Source: a virus. From it: a stretch of DNA of 64,000 nt. The notes below the pieces were generated by a model. That model searched no databases, had not been told where the DNA came from, and saw only the letters and a list, made by a program, of their open reading frames with translations. This document shows, in pieces, positions 28,138-38,670 of the stretch. The DNA is taken from the IMG/VR virus record IMGVR_UViG_3300001097_000002, positions 32,887-96,886 of that record, one strand, 5' to 3'. The position numbers and the translations under genes are program-made. Position 1 is the first letter of the stretch. Each line of letters starts with the position of its first letter.

Positions 28138-29190
28138 ATGTTGATAGGTATTATAACCGATATTCATCTGGATTGCAGAGGTGGTAGTCAATACTTTTTA
28201 GACCAATATAAAAAGTTCTTTGATGAACAGTTCTTTCCATATTTAAAAGAACATAACATAACAACTGTTTTAATAGGTGGTGACACGTGGGAAAGCCGCA
28301 AGCACATTAACGTTAACACTATGTATCATGCCAAGCGTATGTTTTTTAGTCGTTTAAAGGAAAATAACATTGAGACCATTAGTATACTTGGCAACCACGA
28401 TGTTGTGTACAAAAATACAAATCAAGTTCATAGTATGGAGTTTGTTGAAGATACTTATAGTAATTTTCGCACTATTTATGATAGCGATGTTGTGGATTTT
28501 GATGGGTGTGCAATTGGTCTTATTTCTTGGATAAACAAAGAAAACTTTGATGAACGCTTAAAATTTATTGAGACTGCTAAATGTGACTACTTGTTAGGTC
28601 ACTTTGAAATTAATGGTTTTGAAATGTCAAAAGGACATCCTTGCGAGAATGGTTTAAAGGCAAGTGTGTTTAAAAATTATACTGAAGTGTGGAGTGGTCA
28701 TTTCCATATTAGAAGTAAGATTGATAATATTCGTTATTTAGGAAACCCATTCCAAACTACTCGTGGCGATATCGGTTACTCACGTGGCTTCCATGTTTTT
28801 GATACTGATGCGCGTGAACTGACTTTTATTGAGAATGAATTTAACATTTACGAAGCCGTATATTTTAATGATGATATCAATATAAAAGAATATGATTTTG
28901 ACAAGTATACTAATAAAATTGTTATAGTGTATGTGGATAATTTACTTAACGCCAATACTGACTTGCTTAATATTTTTATTGACAAACTCAACCACATATG
29001 CCACAAGGTTGAAGTAGAAGAAACTAGTCGTATGCAAGTTGATAACATTGCGGTAGATGATGCTGATGTTAAGTCGCACACAGAAATCATTGCTGATTAT
29101 ATTGATGGTGTTATGGACGATGACGCTCAAAACAGTAAGGTTAAACAGATTATGATTGAACGTTATAATGAATGTATTAACGAGAGTTAA
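28138..29190 (+). CDS. gp47: Recombination endonuclease subunit (Mre11/SbcD-like)
   Basis: TDIH, GGDTW, GNHD, GHFE, SGHFH, YLGNP. Confidence 0.95.
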   Translation: MLIGIITDIHLDCRGGSQYFLDQYKKFFDEQFFPYLKEHNITTVLIGGDTWESRKHINVNTMYHAKRMFFSRLKENNIETISILGNHDVVYKNTNQVHSMEFVEDTYSNFRTIYDSDVVDFDGCAIGLISWINKENFDERLKFIETAKCDYLLGHFEINGFEMSKGHPCENGLKASVFKNYTEVWSGHFHIRSKIDNIRYLGNPFQTTRGDIGYSRGFHVFDTDARELTFIENEFNIYEAVYFNDDINIKEYDFDKYTNKIVIVYVDNLLNANTDLLNIFIDKLNHICHKVEVEETSRMQVDNIAVDDADVKSHTEIIADYIDGVMDDDAQNSKVKQIMIERYNECINES

Positions 29191-29230
29191 AGTGTGTTAT
29201 TATGCATATATAAATTAAAGGATGTGAAGT

Positions 29231-29578
29231 ATGTTTGAATTAATAAAAAAGTTTATGAACGCGCTAGGTAAAGACAAGAAAGCTCATATTCTAAAATGCG
29301 TAGAAGATGGCGATGACGATGATAGAGAAGTTAAACTTTTTATTGCGTCGGTTTGTGAACACTTAAAAATTAACCGTTTTGATACAGGTATACAAAAAAT
29401 AATTAGAAACAATATCAGTAAACTATCTACTCACAAACCAGTAGTTACTAAGGTAAAAGTAGCTACCACGAAACCTAAACCTAAGACGATACCGCATACT
29501 GCTACCACATCAACTGATAAAATACATAACAAGTCATTTGACGATAGTGGTACAAGGAAATCATTTTTTAACCTTTAA
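29231..29578 (+). CDS. Hypothetical protein
   Basis: ORF with SD. Confidence 0.6.
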   Translation: MFELIKKFMNALGKDKKAHILKCVEDGDDDDREVKLFIASVCEHLKINRFDTGIQKIIRNNISKLSTHKPVVTKVKVATTKPKPKTIPHTATTSTDKIHNKSFDDSGTRKSFFNL

Positions 29579-29589
29579 GGTATATTATT

Positions 29590-29841
29590 ATGAACAATCT
29601 TAGTGGTCGTGATAAAATTTATAATATATTAACAGTCGTAATTGTTGAGCATCTCAATGTTTTTGCAAGTTTAGATTGGATGTTAGAATGTAGTTTAGAT
29701 GAATTACGAGGTGGAGCAGAAGCTAATTTACTAGTAACCAAGGCAATTGAGAGGTTTACACATGATAAAGCTTCGTATGATGGGTATAGAGATGATATAC
29801 TATTAATGATACCAGACATAATTGAGAAGGTTAACAAATGA
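29590..29841 (+). CDS. Hypothetical protein
   Basis: ATGA overlap with gp46. Confidence 0.6.
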   Translation: MNNLSGRDKIYNILTVVIVEHLNVFASLDWMLECSLDELRGGAEANLLVTKAIERFTHDKASYDGYRDDILLMIPDIIEKVNK

Positions 29842-31550
29842 AGAAGTTAGAATTACAAAAAGTACGTTGGAAAAACTTCTTATCATATGGTGAGACGTGG
29901 AGTGAAATAGAATTTACTAGTCATAGATTTACAATTATAAACTCACCAAATGGTTTTGGAAAATCATCATTTATCGAAGCGACTTGTTTTGCATTGTTTG
30001 GTAAGACTATACGTAAAGTTCCAAAGTCAAATCTAGTCAATACTAAAAATCAAAAAGGTACATTAGTTGAATTAAAGTTTATTAGTAATGATAAAACATA
30101 TTTAGTTAGGCGCGGTATCAAACCAGCTAAGTTTGAAATATACGAAGATAAGACATTAATAGCGCAAGACGCAAGTGTACGTGAATACCAGGAAAAACTT
30201 GATGCCATCATCGGTATTGACTATAACACTTTTATTCAAACTGTTATTATCAGTAAGACAAAATATGTACCATTTATGAAGCTAGATGCTGCCTCACGTA
30301 GAGAGTTCGTTGAGAACTTACTAACATTAACAGTGTTTGGTAACATGAATAAAAAACAAAAACTAATAATGTCAACTTTAAAAGAACAGTTGCAAACACT
30401 CAAAAGCCAATATAGTATAAATAAAAATAATATTGAGCAAGCAGAAAATAACGTTAAAAGTATCAATGAACTGTTACAACAGAACCTAACCGAAAAACGC
30501 GACTATATTAACAATCGTATTGATGAACTAAAAGATACTAATGCAGAAATAAAAGAATCAGCTAAAAAATTAAAAGATACATTGTACGTTGATGAAGATG
30601 ATACAATTAACGTATGGGACGCAACGCAACGTTCAATTGTCGATTTAGTAGGTGAGGTAAAACATAGAGAACTTGTGTTAACAAAACTTAAAAATTCTTC
30701 TGATACGTGTGGCTCGTGTGGTCAGGAATTAACAGATGCGCATGTTGAGCACACGAATAAAAATATACGTGAGGAAGAGGATGACTTAGAAACGTGTAAC
30801 ATTAAATTGAAACGTGACCGCGAGCTATTATTAAAATTGCAACCTAAGTTTGATTTAATTATAGGAAACACTGAAACAGAACACGAAATAAAAAACATGG
30901 TACAAAAAATTAAAGGTAACATTAAGCAAATAGAAAATATTGAGCGTGAACGCGACAGTATTGTATTTGATGATAGTAATGATAAACTTGATGCCGCCAA
31001 AGAAAAGTTAATGCAATTCAGAAATGATTATGCTACAATAACGCAAGAACTTAAGGGTTGCAAAGAAGAGTACGAATATAATGCTATCGTTTATGATATG
31101 CTGAAGGATGGTGGTATTAAAGCTAGTATCATTGATAAAAGTATTCCACTTATTAACAGCGTTATCAATAAAAATCTTAGTAAGTTTGGCTTCTTTGTGC
31201 ACTTCCAGCTTGATGCAGAATTTAACGAAACTATTAAACAACGTGGTATAGACGTGTTAACATATGATAGTTTTAGTGAAGGCGAGAAGCTTAGGATGGA
31301 TATGGCAATACTGTTAGCGTGGCGTGAGGTTGCTCAACTACAGAATAACCTATCGTGTAACGTGCTATTGTTCGATGAAATGACGGACGCCAGTATGGAT
31401 TTTGAGGGTAGTGAAATTTTAGGTAGCTTGCTTAGTGAATTAGATAATACACACGTATTTGTTATTACGCATAGTCCTGAGAAATTGCAAACATATGCTG
31501 ATGGCGCAATACATATTAAAAAGGAGAATGGCTATAGTAAAATAAGTTAA
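29838..31550 (+). CDS. gp46: Recombination ATPase subunit (Rad50/SbcC-like)
   Basis: KNFLSYG, NGFGKSS, zinc hook CGSCGQ, FSEGEKLR, LFDE, VITH. Confidence 0.96.
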   Translation: MKKLELQKVRWKNFLSYGETWSEIEFTSHRFTIINSPNGFGKSSFIEATCFALFGKTIRKVPKSNLVNTKNQKGTLVELKFISNDKTYLVRRGIKPAKFEIYEDKTLIAQDASVREYQEKLDAIIGIDYNTFIQTVIISKTKYVPFMKLDAASRREFVENLLTLTVFGNMNKKQKLIMSTLKEQLQTLKSQYSINKNNIEQAENNVKSINELLQQNLTEKRDYINNRIDELKDTNAEIKESAKKLKDTLYVDEDDTINVWDATQRSIVDLVGEVKHRELVLTKLKNSSDTCGSCGQELTDAHVEHTNKNIREEEDDLETCNIKLKRDRELLLKLQPKFDLIIGNTETEHEIKNMVQKIKGNIKQIENIERERDSIVFDDSNDKLDAAKEKLMQFRNDYATITQELKGCKEEYEYNAIVYDMLKDGGIKASIIDKSIPLINSVINKNLSKFGFFVHFQLDAEFNETIKQRGIDVLTYDSFSEGEKLRMDMAILLAWREVAQLQNNLSCNVLLFDEMTDASMDFEGSEILGSLLSELDNTHVFVITHSPEKLQTYADGAIHIKKENGYSKIS

Positions 31551-31589
31551 TCTATGCTATACTTTATTCTTAAACAACAGAGATAATAT

Positions 31590-31760
31590 ATGACTGAACA
31601 AAGCTGTAAAGATGATGTATCATGTGGCGACCATTGCACAGAGGGTTTATTTTATGATTTAGACGCATTACAAGATATTTTGGATGGTGAGTTTTATACT
31701 GTGCCACCTGGATTAAGCCGTGAAGAAACACGTTACTGGCTGTTAAGTAGTCATGAATAG
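31590..31760 (+). CDS. Small hypothetical protein, 56 aa (not in ORF track)
   Basis: MTEQSCKDD...FYDLDALQDILDGEFYTVPPGLSREETRYWLLSSHE; co-oriented with neighbours. Confidence 0.6.
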   Translation: MTEQSCKDDVSCGDHCTEGLFYDLDALQDILDGEFYTVPPGLSREETRYWLLSSHE

Positions 31761-31803
31761 TAAGCAAATAAAACACAATTTAATAATGTTATAGGAATGT
31801 ATT

Positions 31804-32469
31804 ATGAAAGAGAGAACTATTGAGATTTTAAAATACTTCAGTGAAATCAACAAGAAGATGCTATTTGTTGAAGGTACTGAACTTTGTATATCTAACGTTG
31901 AAGGTAGTGTGCTTGCACATGCTGTATTACCTGAGCGTATGAATAAGAACTTCGCGTTCTATGATGTTACAGAATTCTTAGGTACGTTTAATTTGTTTGA
32001 AACACCTGATATCACGTTTGATGAAGATTATCTTACTATTGTTGATAGCAAAAATAAGAACAAAGTAAAATACTATTACAGTTCATCACTTGGTATCATC
32101 AACGTATACAATACGGATATCAAAAGCAAAACTGGTGCTGAACTAGCTAAATTTACACTAGAGAAAGGTGCGCTTGATACTGGTAAGAAAGCAAGTTCTA
32201 TATTAGGTCTTAATGACTTTATGCTTACTGTTAATGGTGTTAAACTGTTAAACTTAGAAGCAAACAACCACGGAAACGAGTTTGATTTAGAAGTTAAAGA
32301 CTTAGAAATTATTGACAAAGATGGTATTAACGAATCCGAGCGTGTTCTCATTTTTAAAGAACTAACCTTTATCCCAGACACTTATTATGTTACCTTCTAT
32401 GATAACTTAGTATCGTTTAAATCAGCCAATGGTGATGTTATCTATTACATTATGTATGTTGATGTTTAA
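31804..32469 (+). CDS. gp45: Sliding clamp
   Basis: TIEILKYFSEIN, FAFYDVTEFL, synteny gp46-gp45-gp44. Confidence 0.88.
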   Translation: MKERTIEILKYFSEINKKMLFVEGTELCISNVEGSVLAHAVLPERMNKNFAFYDVTEFLGTFNLFETPDITFDEDYLTIVDSKNKNKVKYYYSSSLGIINVYNTDIKSKTGAELAKFTLEKGALDTGKKASSILGLNDFMLTVNGVKLLNLEANNHGNEFDLEVKDLEIIDKDGINESERVLIFKELTFIPDTYYVTFYDNLVSFKSANGDVIYYIMYVDV

Positions 32470-32528
32470 TCAGTAAGAATATAACTACCGTAGTATTTTA
32501 AATTATATCATTATATATAGAGGATTTT

Positions 32529-33473
32529 ATGGAAAAGCAAGAAAGCTATTTATGGGTAGAACGTTACAAGCCACACTCAATCTCTGAATGTATTTTACCG
32601 AATCGCATTAAAGATTCGCTAAGTGATTTTGTTGAAAGTGGCGAAATAAAAAACTACATTGCTGTTGGACCTGCTGGTTGTGGTAAGACTAGTAGTGCAA
32701 TGGCGTTATTAGAACAAATGGACGTACAGTACTTGTTTATTAACGCAAGTTCTGAAGGTAGCATCGACACTATCCGTAATAAGGTTACACGTTTCGCAAC
32801 CACTAAAAGTATTTTAAGCACTTACAAAGTGGTTGTGCTGGATGAGTGTGATTATCTTTCGATGAACGCACAAGCCGCATTACGTGGTATTATGGAACAG
32901 TTCTACCAAAACTGTCGCTTTATTCTAACTGCTAACTTTGGCAATCGCGTATTGGAGCCGTTAAAATCGCGTGCACCTGTGGTTGATTTTAGTTTTAGTA
33001 AAGCAGAAAAGAAAGATATGATGAAGGTTTTTCTACCACGCATTGCGGGTATTTTGGACGACAATAACGTCACATATGATAAGAAAGAACTTGTCAAATT
33101 CTGCGTAACAACATTTCCGGACTTTAGACGCACACTCAACCTATTACAACGTGCATCTGTTAATGGTGTTTTAGATTTTGCGTTGGCTAGTAGCGTAACT
33201 GATGAAACTATTACAGAACTATGTCGTTACATTACAGGTTTAGATTTTGATAATATGAGTAAGTGGGTTGCTGAGAACGTTGATAATGACGGTCATATTG
33301 TTAGACGTGCATTATATGATAAGCTTAAGCCTGTACTAACTGACGAATCAATACCTGCGCTTATCATGATTTTAAATGACTTTGACCGTTATGAGGTGCA
33401 AGTTAAAGACTTAGAAATCCATATGAAGGCGATGTGTATTACTATTATGCAAGAATGTGAATTTGCAGCATAG
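32529..33473 (+). CDS. gp44: Clamp loader AAA+ subunit
   Basis: LWVERYKP..I.ECILP, GPAGCGKT, LDECD, AQAALR, FPDFRR. Confidence 0.96.
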   Translation: MEKQESYLWVERYKPHSISECILPNRIKDSLSDFVESGEIKNYIAVGPAGCGKTSSAMALLEQMDVQYLFINASSEGSIDTIRNKVTRFATTKSILSTYKVVVLDECDYLSMNAQAALRGIMEQFYQNCRFILTANFGNRVLEPLKSRAPVVDFSFSKAEKKDMMKVFLPRIAGILDDNNVTYDKKELVKFCVTTFPDFRRTLNLLQRASVNGVLDFALASSVTDETITELCRYITGLDFDNMSKWVAENVDNDGHIVRRALYDKLKPVLTDESIPALIMILNDFDRYEVQVKDLEIHMKAMCITIMQECEFAA

Positions 33474-33566
33474 GTATTAACACTAGACATCAAACTTAAA
33501 ATATTGTATACTATAGAAGTAATGATACGTTTATTGTTACTTCTATTTTTATTTATGGGGATTATT

Positions 33567-33959
33567 ATGAGTTATTATACGTCAGGTGAAATAGTAAGAA
33601 TTCGCGGTGAGCAAGGTCTGTTTGAAATTGAAAGCATTGTAGGTTGGACTGGAAAGGTTAATGTTAAATGTATATATACAGGAAAAACACTTAATTATAT
33701 ATGCGAAGGTGTATTGGTCAAGGTAGCCATCCCAAACAACCGTAGTGAGCCGTCTGTTGGCAATGTTAATGTTAACGTTATTAAGACTGGTGATGTGGTA
33801 ACCGTGAAAGGATTCACTGTATGTTTTAACGTTATTGCCATATACGGTAATACTGTAGAATTATTACATATTCAATCAGACGAACGTGGTAAGTATTTAT
33901 CACATACTCGATTACCAGACATTGCGATTAATTCGATTAATTTAGCTAGTACAAAATAA
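33567..33959 (+). CDS. Hypothetical protein with two KOW/SH3-like repeats
   Basis: GEIVRIRG...F.I..I.G and GDVVTVKG...F.V..I.G. Confidence 0.6.
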   Translation: MSYYTSGEIVRIRGEQGLFEIESIVGWTGKVNVKCIYTGKTLNYICEGVLVKVAIPNNRSEPSVGNVNVNVIKTGDVVTVKGFTVCFNVIAIYGNTVELLHIQSDERGKYLSHTRLPDIAINSINLASTK

Positions 33960-33971
33960 ATAAGGGATATT

Positions 33972-34076
33972 ATGAGTGATATAGTAAGAATTAAAGGTTT
34001 TAGTTTTAGTTTTACAGTGGTTGATGTGATTGGTCACCAACGCATATGTAATACGTCTGTGAAAGTATGCATGTAG
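33972..34076 (+). pseudogene. Truncated third copy of the KOW-like repeat
   Basis: AAGGGA SD, MSDIVRIKGFSFSFTVVDVIG... stops after 34 aa. Confidence 0.45.
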
Positions 34077-34190
34077 AAAGTATTAACGTTATTACATGTA
34101 TATGAGAATAATAACGCTGAAGTTAAGGACCTAATCATCAATGGCGTTGGTGCTGACGCTTGTATTTTTACCTAAAAGGTTGTACACTAT

Positions 34191-34616
34191 ATGACAGACA
34201 TTCTTAATCCGTTTGATGTAGCGAAAAATATTAACTCGAAAACTGGCAACATATCGTTTGGCGATAAAGCTAAAAAGGTTCCAATGTTCGTGGTTAATAA
34301 AACGTTTAGTAATACAATCGACAGTTTGATGTATGCAAACGAAGTAAATAAGTTTAGTATTGACGACAATCAAATGTCCTATGATTTTTATTATTATGCG
34401 CTACCCAAGAAAAAACGGTTTGGTAAATACAATAAGAAGCCAAAAGCAGATGAAGTATATGATTCAGAGTTCGTTGATGCTATAATGGAAGTGTATAAAT
34501 ACTCGACAGAAAAGGCATTACAGTGTACTGATATTTTGAGTGACCATAGAGACGATATTATTAAGTTAGTTTTTAAAGGCGGAATGGAGAACAAAAATGG
34601 CGTTAAACGTAGATGA
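34191..34616 (+). CDS. gp62: Clamp loader small subunit
   Basis: FVVNKTFS..IDSLMYANEVN, YDFY...LPKKKRF, YKYSTEKA. Confidence 0.92.
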   Translation: MTDILNPFDVAKNINSKTGNISFGDKAKKVPMFVVNKTFSNTIDSLMYANEVNKFSIDDNQMSYDFYYYALPKKKRFGKYNKKPKADEVYDSEFVDAIMEVYKYSTEKALQCTDILSDHRDDIIKLVFKGGMENKNGVKRR

Positions 34617-35046
34617 TTTAGTAAACATTATCGGTGAATCAATGTTACCGATTGAAATTGAACCGTTGGCAGACGATGATTTTTTAGTTGTTAAAGAAAC
34701 ATTAACCCGTATAGGTTTTACACAAGTAACAGATGATAGCAAAAAGCTATTTCAAACCTGCCATATATTACATAAGAAAGGTCGTTATTTTTTAACACAC
34801 TTCAAACATATGTATTTGTTCGATGGTAAAATCCAACACACCAACATTTTAGACATTGATATCAATCGTCTTAAATACGTTGCGAAGCTATTAAATGATT
34901 GGAACTTAATTGTACCATTAGACACTAATACACTAAAAGGTGATACTGCTGAAGTTAGGGTCTTAAAACATAGTGATGCTCGCGGTTGGCAATTAAAACC
35001 AAAGTATTTTAATTCTTTTAACACAGAAACAATGGGAAATAAATAA
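34597..35046 (+). CDS. regA: Translational repressor RegA
   Basis: DDFLVVKETLTRIG, LFQTCHILHKKGRY..HFK. Confidence 0.95.
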   Translation: MALNVDDLVNIIGESMLPIEIEPLADDDFLVVKETLTRIGFTQVTDDSKKLFQTCHILHKKGRYFLTHFKHMYLFDGKIQHTNILDIDINRLKYVAKLLNDWNLIVPLDTNTLKGDTAEVRVLKHSDARGWQLKPKYFNSFNTETMGNK

Positions 35047-35047
35047 T

Positions 35048-35674
35048 ATGAAACTTGAAGTATATAAAATTGAGCAATCAGCAATTACACCAACACGTGC
35101 TACAGAACAGTCTAGTTGCTTCGATGTGTATGCATGCTTACATGATGATATTAGTGTTTATTACAAAGGAGGTAAAGGTGTTAAGTCAATTCAAACAAAC
35201 GACGGACGAGGGAAAAGCATCGTAGTTCGTCCACGTGAGCGTATTGCTGTACCTACCGGTATCATTTTAAATATCCCTGAAGGTCATGATGTTAAATTAT
35301 ATGCACGTAGTGGATTGAGCTTAAAGAATGGTATTGGTTTATCTAATAGTGTTGGTGTTATTGATAATGATTATAAGGACGAGCTATTTGTAACTGTTAT
35401 CAACAATTCTGATGACGTATTTATTCTTAGCGACGGTATGAGCATTGCTCAATTTGAACTTGCAGGAAAATTACAGTATAAGCTCGAAGAAACTACTGAC
35501 AAACCACAAACAACTACTGACCGCAAAGGCGGACTAGGCAGCACTGGAACTGACGCTAAGAAAGAAGAGTCACCACAGCCAGCACCTGAAGTAGAAGACA
35601 AGCCTGTACAAGCCGATAAGCGCAAAACAAAAATGACTGACACACAAACCGAAACCAAAACAAACAAGGTATAA
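35048..35674 (+). CDS. dut: Trimeric dUTPase with C-terminal low-complexity tail
   Basis: FDV, PTG, RSGL, GVIDNDY, IAQ, RKGGLGSTG. Confidence 0.93.
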   Translation: MKLEVYKIEQSAITPTRATEQSSCFDVYACLHDDISVYYKGGKGVKSIQTNDGRGKSIVVRPRERIAVPTGIILNIPEGHDVKLYARSGLSLKNGIGLSNSVGVIDNDYKDELFVTVINNSDDVFILSDGMSIAQFELAGKLQYKLEETTDKPQTTTDRKGGLGSTGTDAKKEESPQPAPEVEDKPVQADKRKTKMTDTQTETKTNKV

Positions 35675-35677
35675 TTT

Positions 35678-35974
35678 ATGATTGGCATGTTATATTGCAA
35701 AGACTTAGGCGAGATTGTTGGTGATATTGAGAAAAACATCGACAATCGTACGTATACAATTAAGCACCCGCACCGCATACAAATGACAGAACGTGGACCA
35801 GTCATTATTGGTTTGCTTAGTATGACTACAGCTGATACTATTGAACTTGGTGCTGATGCATTGATTTTTAATAAGATTTTTGAACTTGACCCGCAACTAG
35901 AAAAAGAAGTTAAATCAACAATCACACCAGAAAGTGGGCTTGTTCTACCTGAAACTAAACTACACTTGCAATAG
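35678..35974 (+). CDS. Hypothetical protein (T4-like conserved, Sm-like)
   Basis: GEIVG...IKHP...SGLVLP. Confidence 0.6.
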   Translation: MIGMLYCKDLGEIVGDIEKNIDNRTYTIKHPHRIQMTERGPVIIGLLSMTTADTIELGADALIFNKIFELDPQLEKEVKSTITPESGLVLPETKLHLQ

Positions 35975-35983
35975 GATAAAATT

Positions 35984-36370
35984 ATGACAACGTTTTCAGA
36001 CTACCTTAATGCTGAAAAAAACGTAGACGATGTCCCTCCAGCTGACCTAACAGAGGCATCGATAAGTAAAGTTTTTAAAGTCACACACGATTGGAACCCT
36101 GGTTCCAAAAAAACAATCGAAGCGTTCTATGCAAAATATGGTGATGTTAAAAACGTGTTACTTGAATTTCATGACCACGTACCAAGCACTTACACTGTTA
36201 TGATGTATGATGACATTAAAAATGCACAAAAAGCAAGCAAAGCGTTTGTAAAAGAGGCGCGTTCTGAGGGCGTTGATGTTGATGTTAAGGTTGATAAAAG
36301 CACGTTGCACACTAAAGAGAGTGATATTTTACGTGGCGGTGTGGTTGACATTGTGCACACTATCAAATAG
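35984..36370 (+). CDS. Putative internal head protein
   Basis: MTTFSDYLNAE...DLTEA. Confidence 0.7.
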   Translation: MTTFSDYLNAEKNVDDVPPADLTEASISKVFKVTHDWNPGSKKTIEAFYAKYGDVKNVLLEFHDHVPSTYTVMMYDDIKNAQKASKAFVKEARSEGVDVDVKVDKSTLHTKESDILRGGVVDIVHTIK

Positions 36371-36400
36371 TTAACTACTTTTATTTTACGGGATACATTT

Positions 36401-37084
36401 ATGATTGATAAAGCTAAAACTAATGCCAAATTAGGTGTAGATGTTGCTGAACTGATGCGTGAGAAGGGTATCGAAACACCAATGGTTGATGGTGTTGTTC
36501 CAAGTATTGATGAACTAGAAGTGTTATACACCAAAGTCCATCAATCACTTGGAATTGATTTAGAAGACGATTCTATACAAGATACACCTAGGCGTATCGC
36601 TAAGTTACAAGTAAACGAAAGTATGAAAGGGTTGGACTATAAAAACTTTCCTAAAATGACTACCGTTGAGAACAAATTTTATGATGGTATGGTTAGCGTG
36701 AACGATATGCTAATTATGAGCATGTGTGAGCATCACTGGGAGCGTATTGTTATGCGTGTCAGTATTGCATATGTACCACGTAAAGGCGGTAAGGTTGTCG
36801 GGTTAAGTAAATTTAGTCGTTTGGCTGATTTCTTTGGTAGTCGTCCCATCGTACAAGAACGTTATACACAACAATTATTTGAAGCCTTAAAGTATATTAT
36901 GGACACAGATGATGTGGCTGTACACGTGCGCGGTATCCATTTATGCATGTTTGCACGTGGAGTAAAAGAACCATGTAGTAGCACCACAACAACATGCTTG
37001 GGTGGTGATTTTAATGTTGATATGGCAACCCGTAAAGAGTTTATGGATGGTATCAATATCGCACTGCCTATTTTACCACAGTAG
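36401..37084 (+). CDS. folE: GTP cyclohydrolase I
   Basis: DTPRRIAK, SMCEHH, GLSK..R, RP.VQER, HLCM..RGV. Confidence 0.95.
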   Translation: MIDKAKTNAKLGVDVAELMREKGIETPMVDGVVPSIDELEVLYTKVHQSLGIDLEDDSIQDTPRRIAKLQVNESMKGLDYKNFPKMTTVENKFYDGMVSVNDMLIMSMCEHHWERIVMRVSIAYVPRKGGKVVGLSKFSRLADFFGSRPIVQERYTQQLFEALKYIMDTDDVAVHVRGIHLCMFARGVKEPCSSTTTTCLGGDFNVDMATRKEFMDGINIALPILPQ

Positions 37085-37105
37085 TAAATACGCGGTATAA
37101 ACAAT

Positions 37106-37134
37106 AAAGCACATTAATTTTAGTGTGCTTTTTT
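37106..37134 (+). terminator. Rho-independent terminator
   Basis: aaagcac-attaatttta-gtgtgctttttt. Confidence 0.7.
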
Positions 37135-37162
37135 AATATAAACTACAACGGAATGACAAACT

Positions 37163-37597
37163 ATGAATTTTAAAGATTATATAAGTTCAAGCAAAACAAC
37201 ACATGAAAATGAAGATGTTAATGAACAAGTAAACGATAATAATATCAATGAAAGTAAATTTGCTAACATTTTAGTTAAAGATATGGTAATTTCTACATAT
37301 AATTGGAATATTGATTACCTGAAAACTATTAGGCAAATCAAACTGTATTTTAATAATATGTCAGAAGGTGAACTTACAGCGAGCAAGATTTCTACTGCTA
37401 GAGGCGACACAGAGTTAAAAATTACATTGCTGTTTGTAACTGATAAACTTGATGATGAAGACTACTTAGATATGGTGGGCTCATTTGGTGAAGATTGTAA
37501 AAAACTTTTTGGTAGTAAAGTAAGCGCATTGAGTTCAGGTAAAAAGATTGTAGATGATACGTGGTCTCAACGTGTAATTACATGTACATTTGTATGA
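37163..37597 (+). CDS. Putative internal head protein
   Basis: MNFKDYIS...NINES. Confidence 0.7.
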   Translation: MNFKDYISSSKTTHENEDVNEQVNDNNINESKFANILVKDMVISTYNWNIDYLKTIRQIKLYFNNMSEGELTASKISTARGDTELKITLLFVTDKLDDEDYLDMVGSFGEDCKKLFGSKVSALSSGKKIVDDTWSQRVITCTFV

Positions 37598-37674
37598 ATA
37601 CATTTGCATACACTATATAGTTTTGCTATAATTACTATATCAAATACACACTAACACAAATAAGGAATATTAAT

Positions 37675-38520
37675 ATGAGCTTTGAAGAATACCTTAGCGG
37701 TAACTCAAATAACTCAAATAATTTAAATGAGTCAACAAAAGCGTTCACTGCTAAAGGTTTCACTATACGTGTAACAACAGAAAACTACAAGAACGAGAAG
37801 ATGGCTAAGATATCAACTAGTGAAAACGGGAATTTTTCGAGTAAGAGAACTTACCTTGATTTAAATTACGTTTTTCATCTTGAAATACTAGAAAATAGAA
37901 AAGTAGTTTATAGTGATGAAATAAATATTGACCCACGTGATTTAGAATTTAAAAATCGAGGTGGTTATTGGCAAGTAGAAGCTGGATATGTGGACCAACT
38001 CAATGTTAGTAACTTTAATAAAAACCTTGATAAATTGTATGACAATGACGAGTATCCATTTTCAGAGTTTGAGAATCACTCGTCTAAAACAGTAAATATA
38101 AGCGCAGGATTAAAAAATATAGACTTTACAGTAGTTGAAACTGATAAAGGTCTCATTACACAGGTGCTTGATAACGGTGGCGGTAGCAGTGGTATTGAGG
38201 TTAAAGTAGATAGACAAAAAATTGGTGAATTGTTCTGTAACAATATAGCAAAAAGTATAGCTGATACTATTGAAGATTCGTACGTAGTCATTGAAGAATA
38301 TACAGGTGCGTTCTTTTATAATTTAGCGCATCAAAAAGCATCATTGCAGCGTAAACATTTAGCCGCAATTGAAGAAAATCTTGATACGTATATACTTTTG
38401 GAAGTTCCTTGTCTTATACACTTTGAATATTCAGGCGGCCCTGATGACGCTGAAGTTATTAGAAAAATGCAAAGCGCACTAAAAAACGACTCTTACTTTG
38501 TAAAACAAGATTCTTTATAG
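37675..38520 (+). CDS. Putative internal head protein
   Basis: MSFEEYLS...NLNES. Confidence 0.7.
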   Translation: MSFEEYLSGNSNNSNNLNESTKAFTAKGFTIRVTTENYKNEKMAKISTSENGNFSSKRTYLDLNYVFHLEILENRKVVYSDEINIDPRDLEFKNRGGYWQVEAGYVDQLNVSNFNKNLDKLYDNDEYPFSEFENHSSKTVNISAGLKNIDFTVVETDKGLITQVLDNGGGSSGIEVKVDRQKIGELFCNNIAKSIADTIEDSYVVIEEYTGAFFYNLAHQKASLQRKHLAAIEENLDTYILLEVPCLIHFEYSGGPDDAEVIRKMQSALKNDSYFVKQDSL

Positions 38521-38670
38521 TTAAACTGTAAGTTGTAATAAGAACTCCACAAATACGTGGAGTTTTTTACGATTAAATTTGACAATCACCTGTAATTTTG
38601 TTATTGTAACAAGCGCAAGTTAATCAAACAACAGCTTTTATATATTGGGACATTTATTTTCAACTCTACT

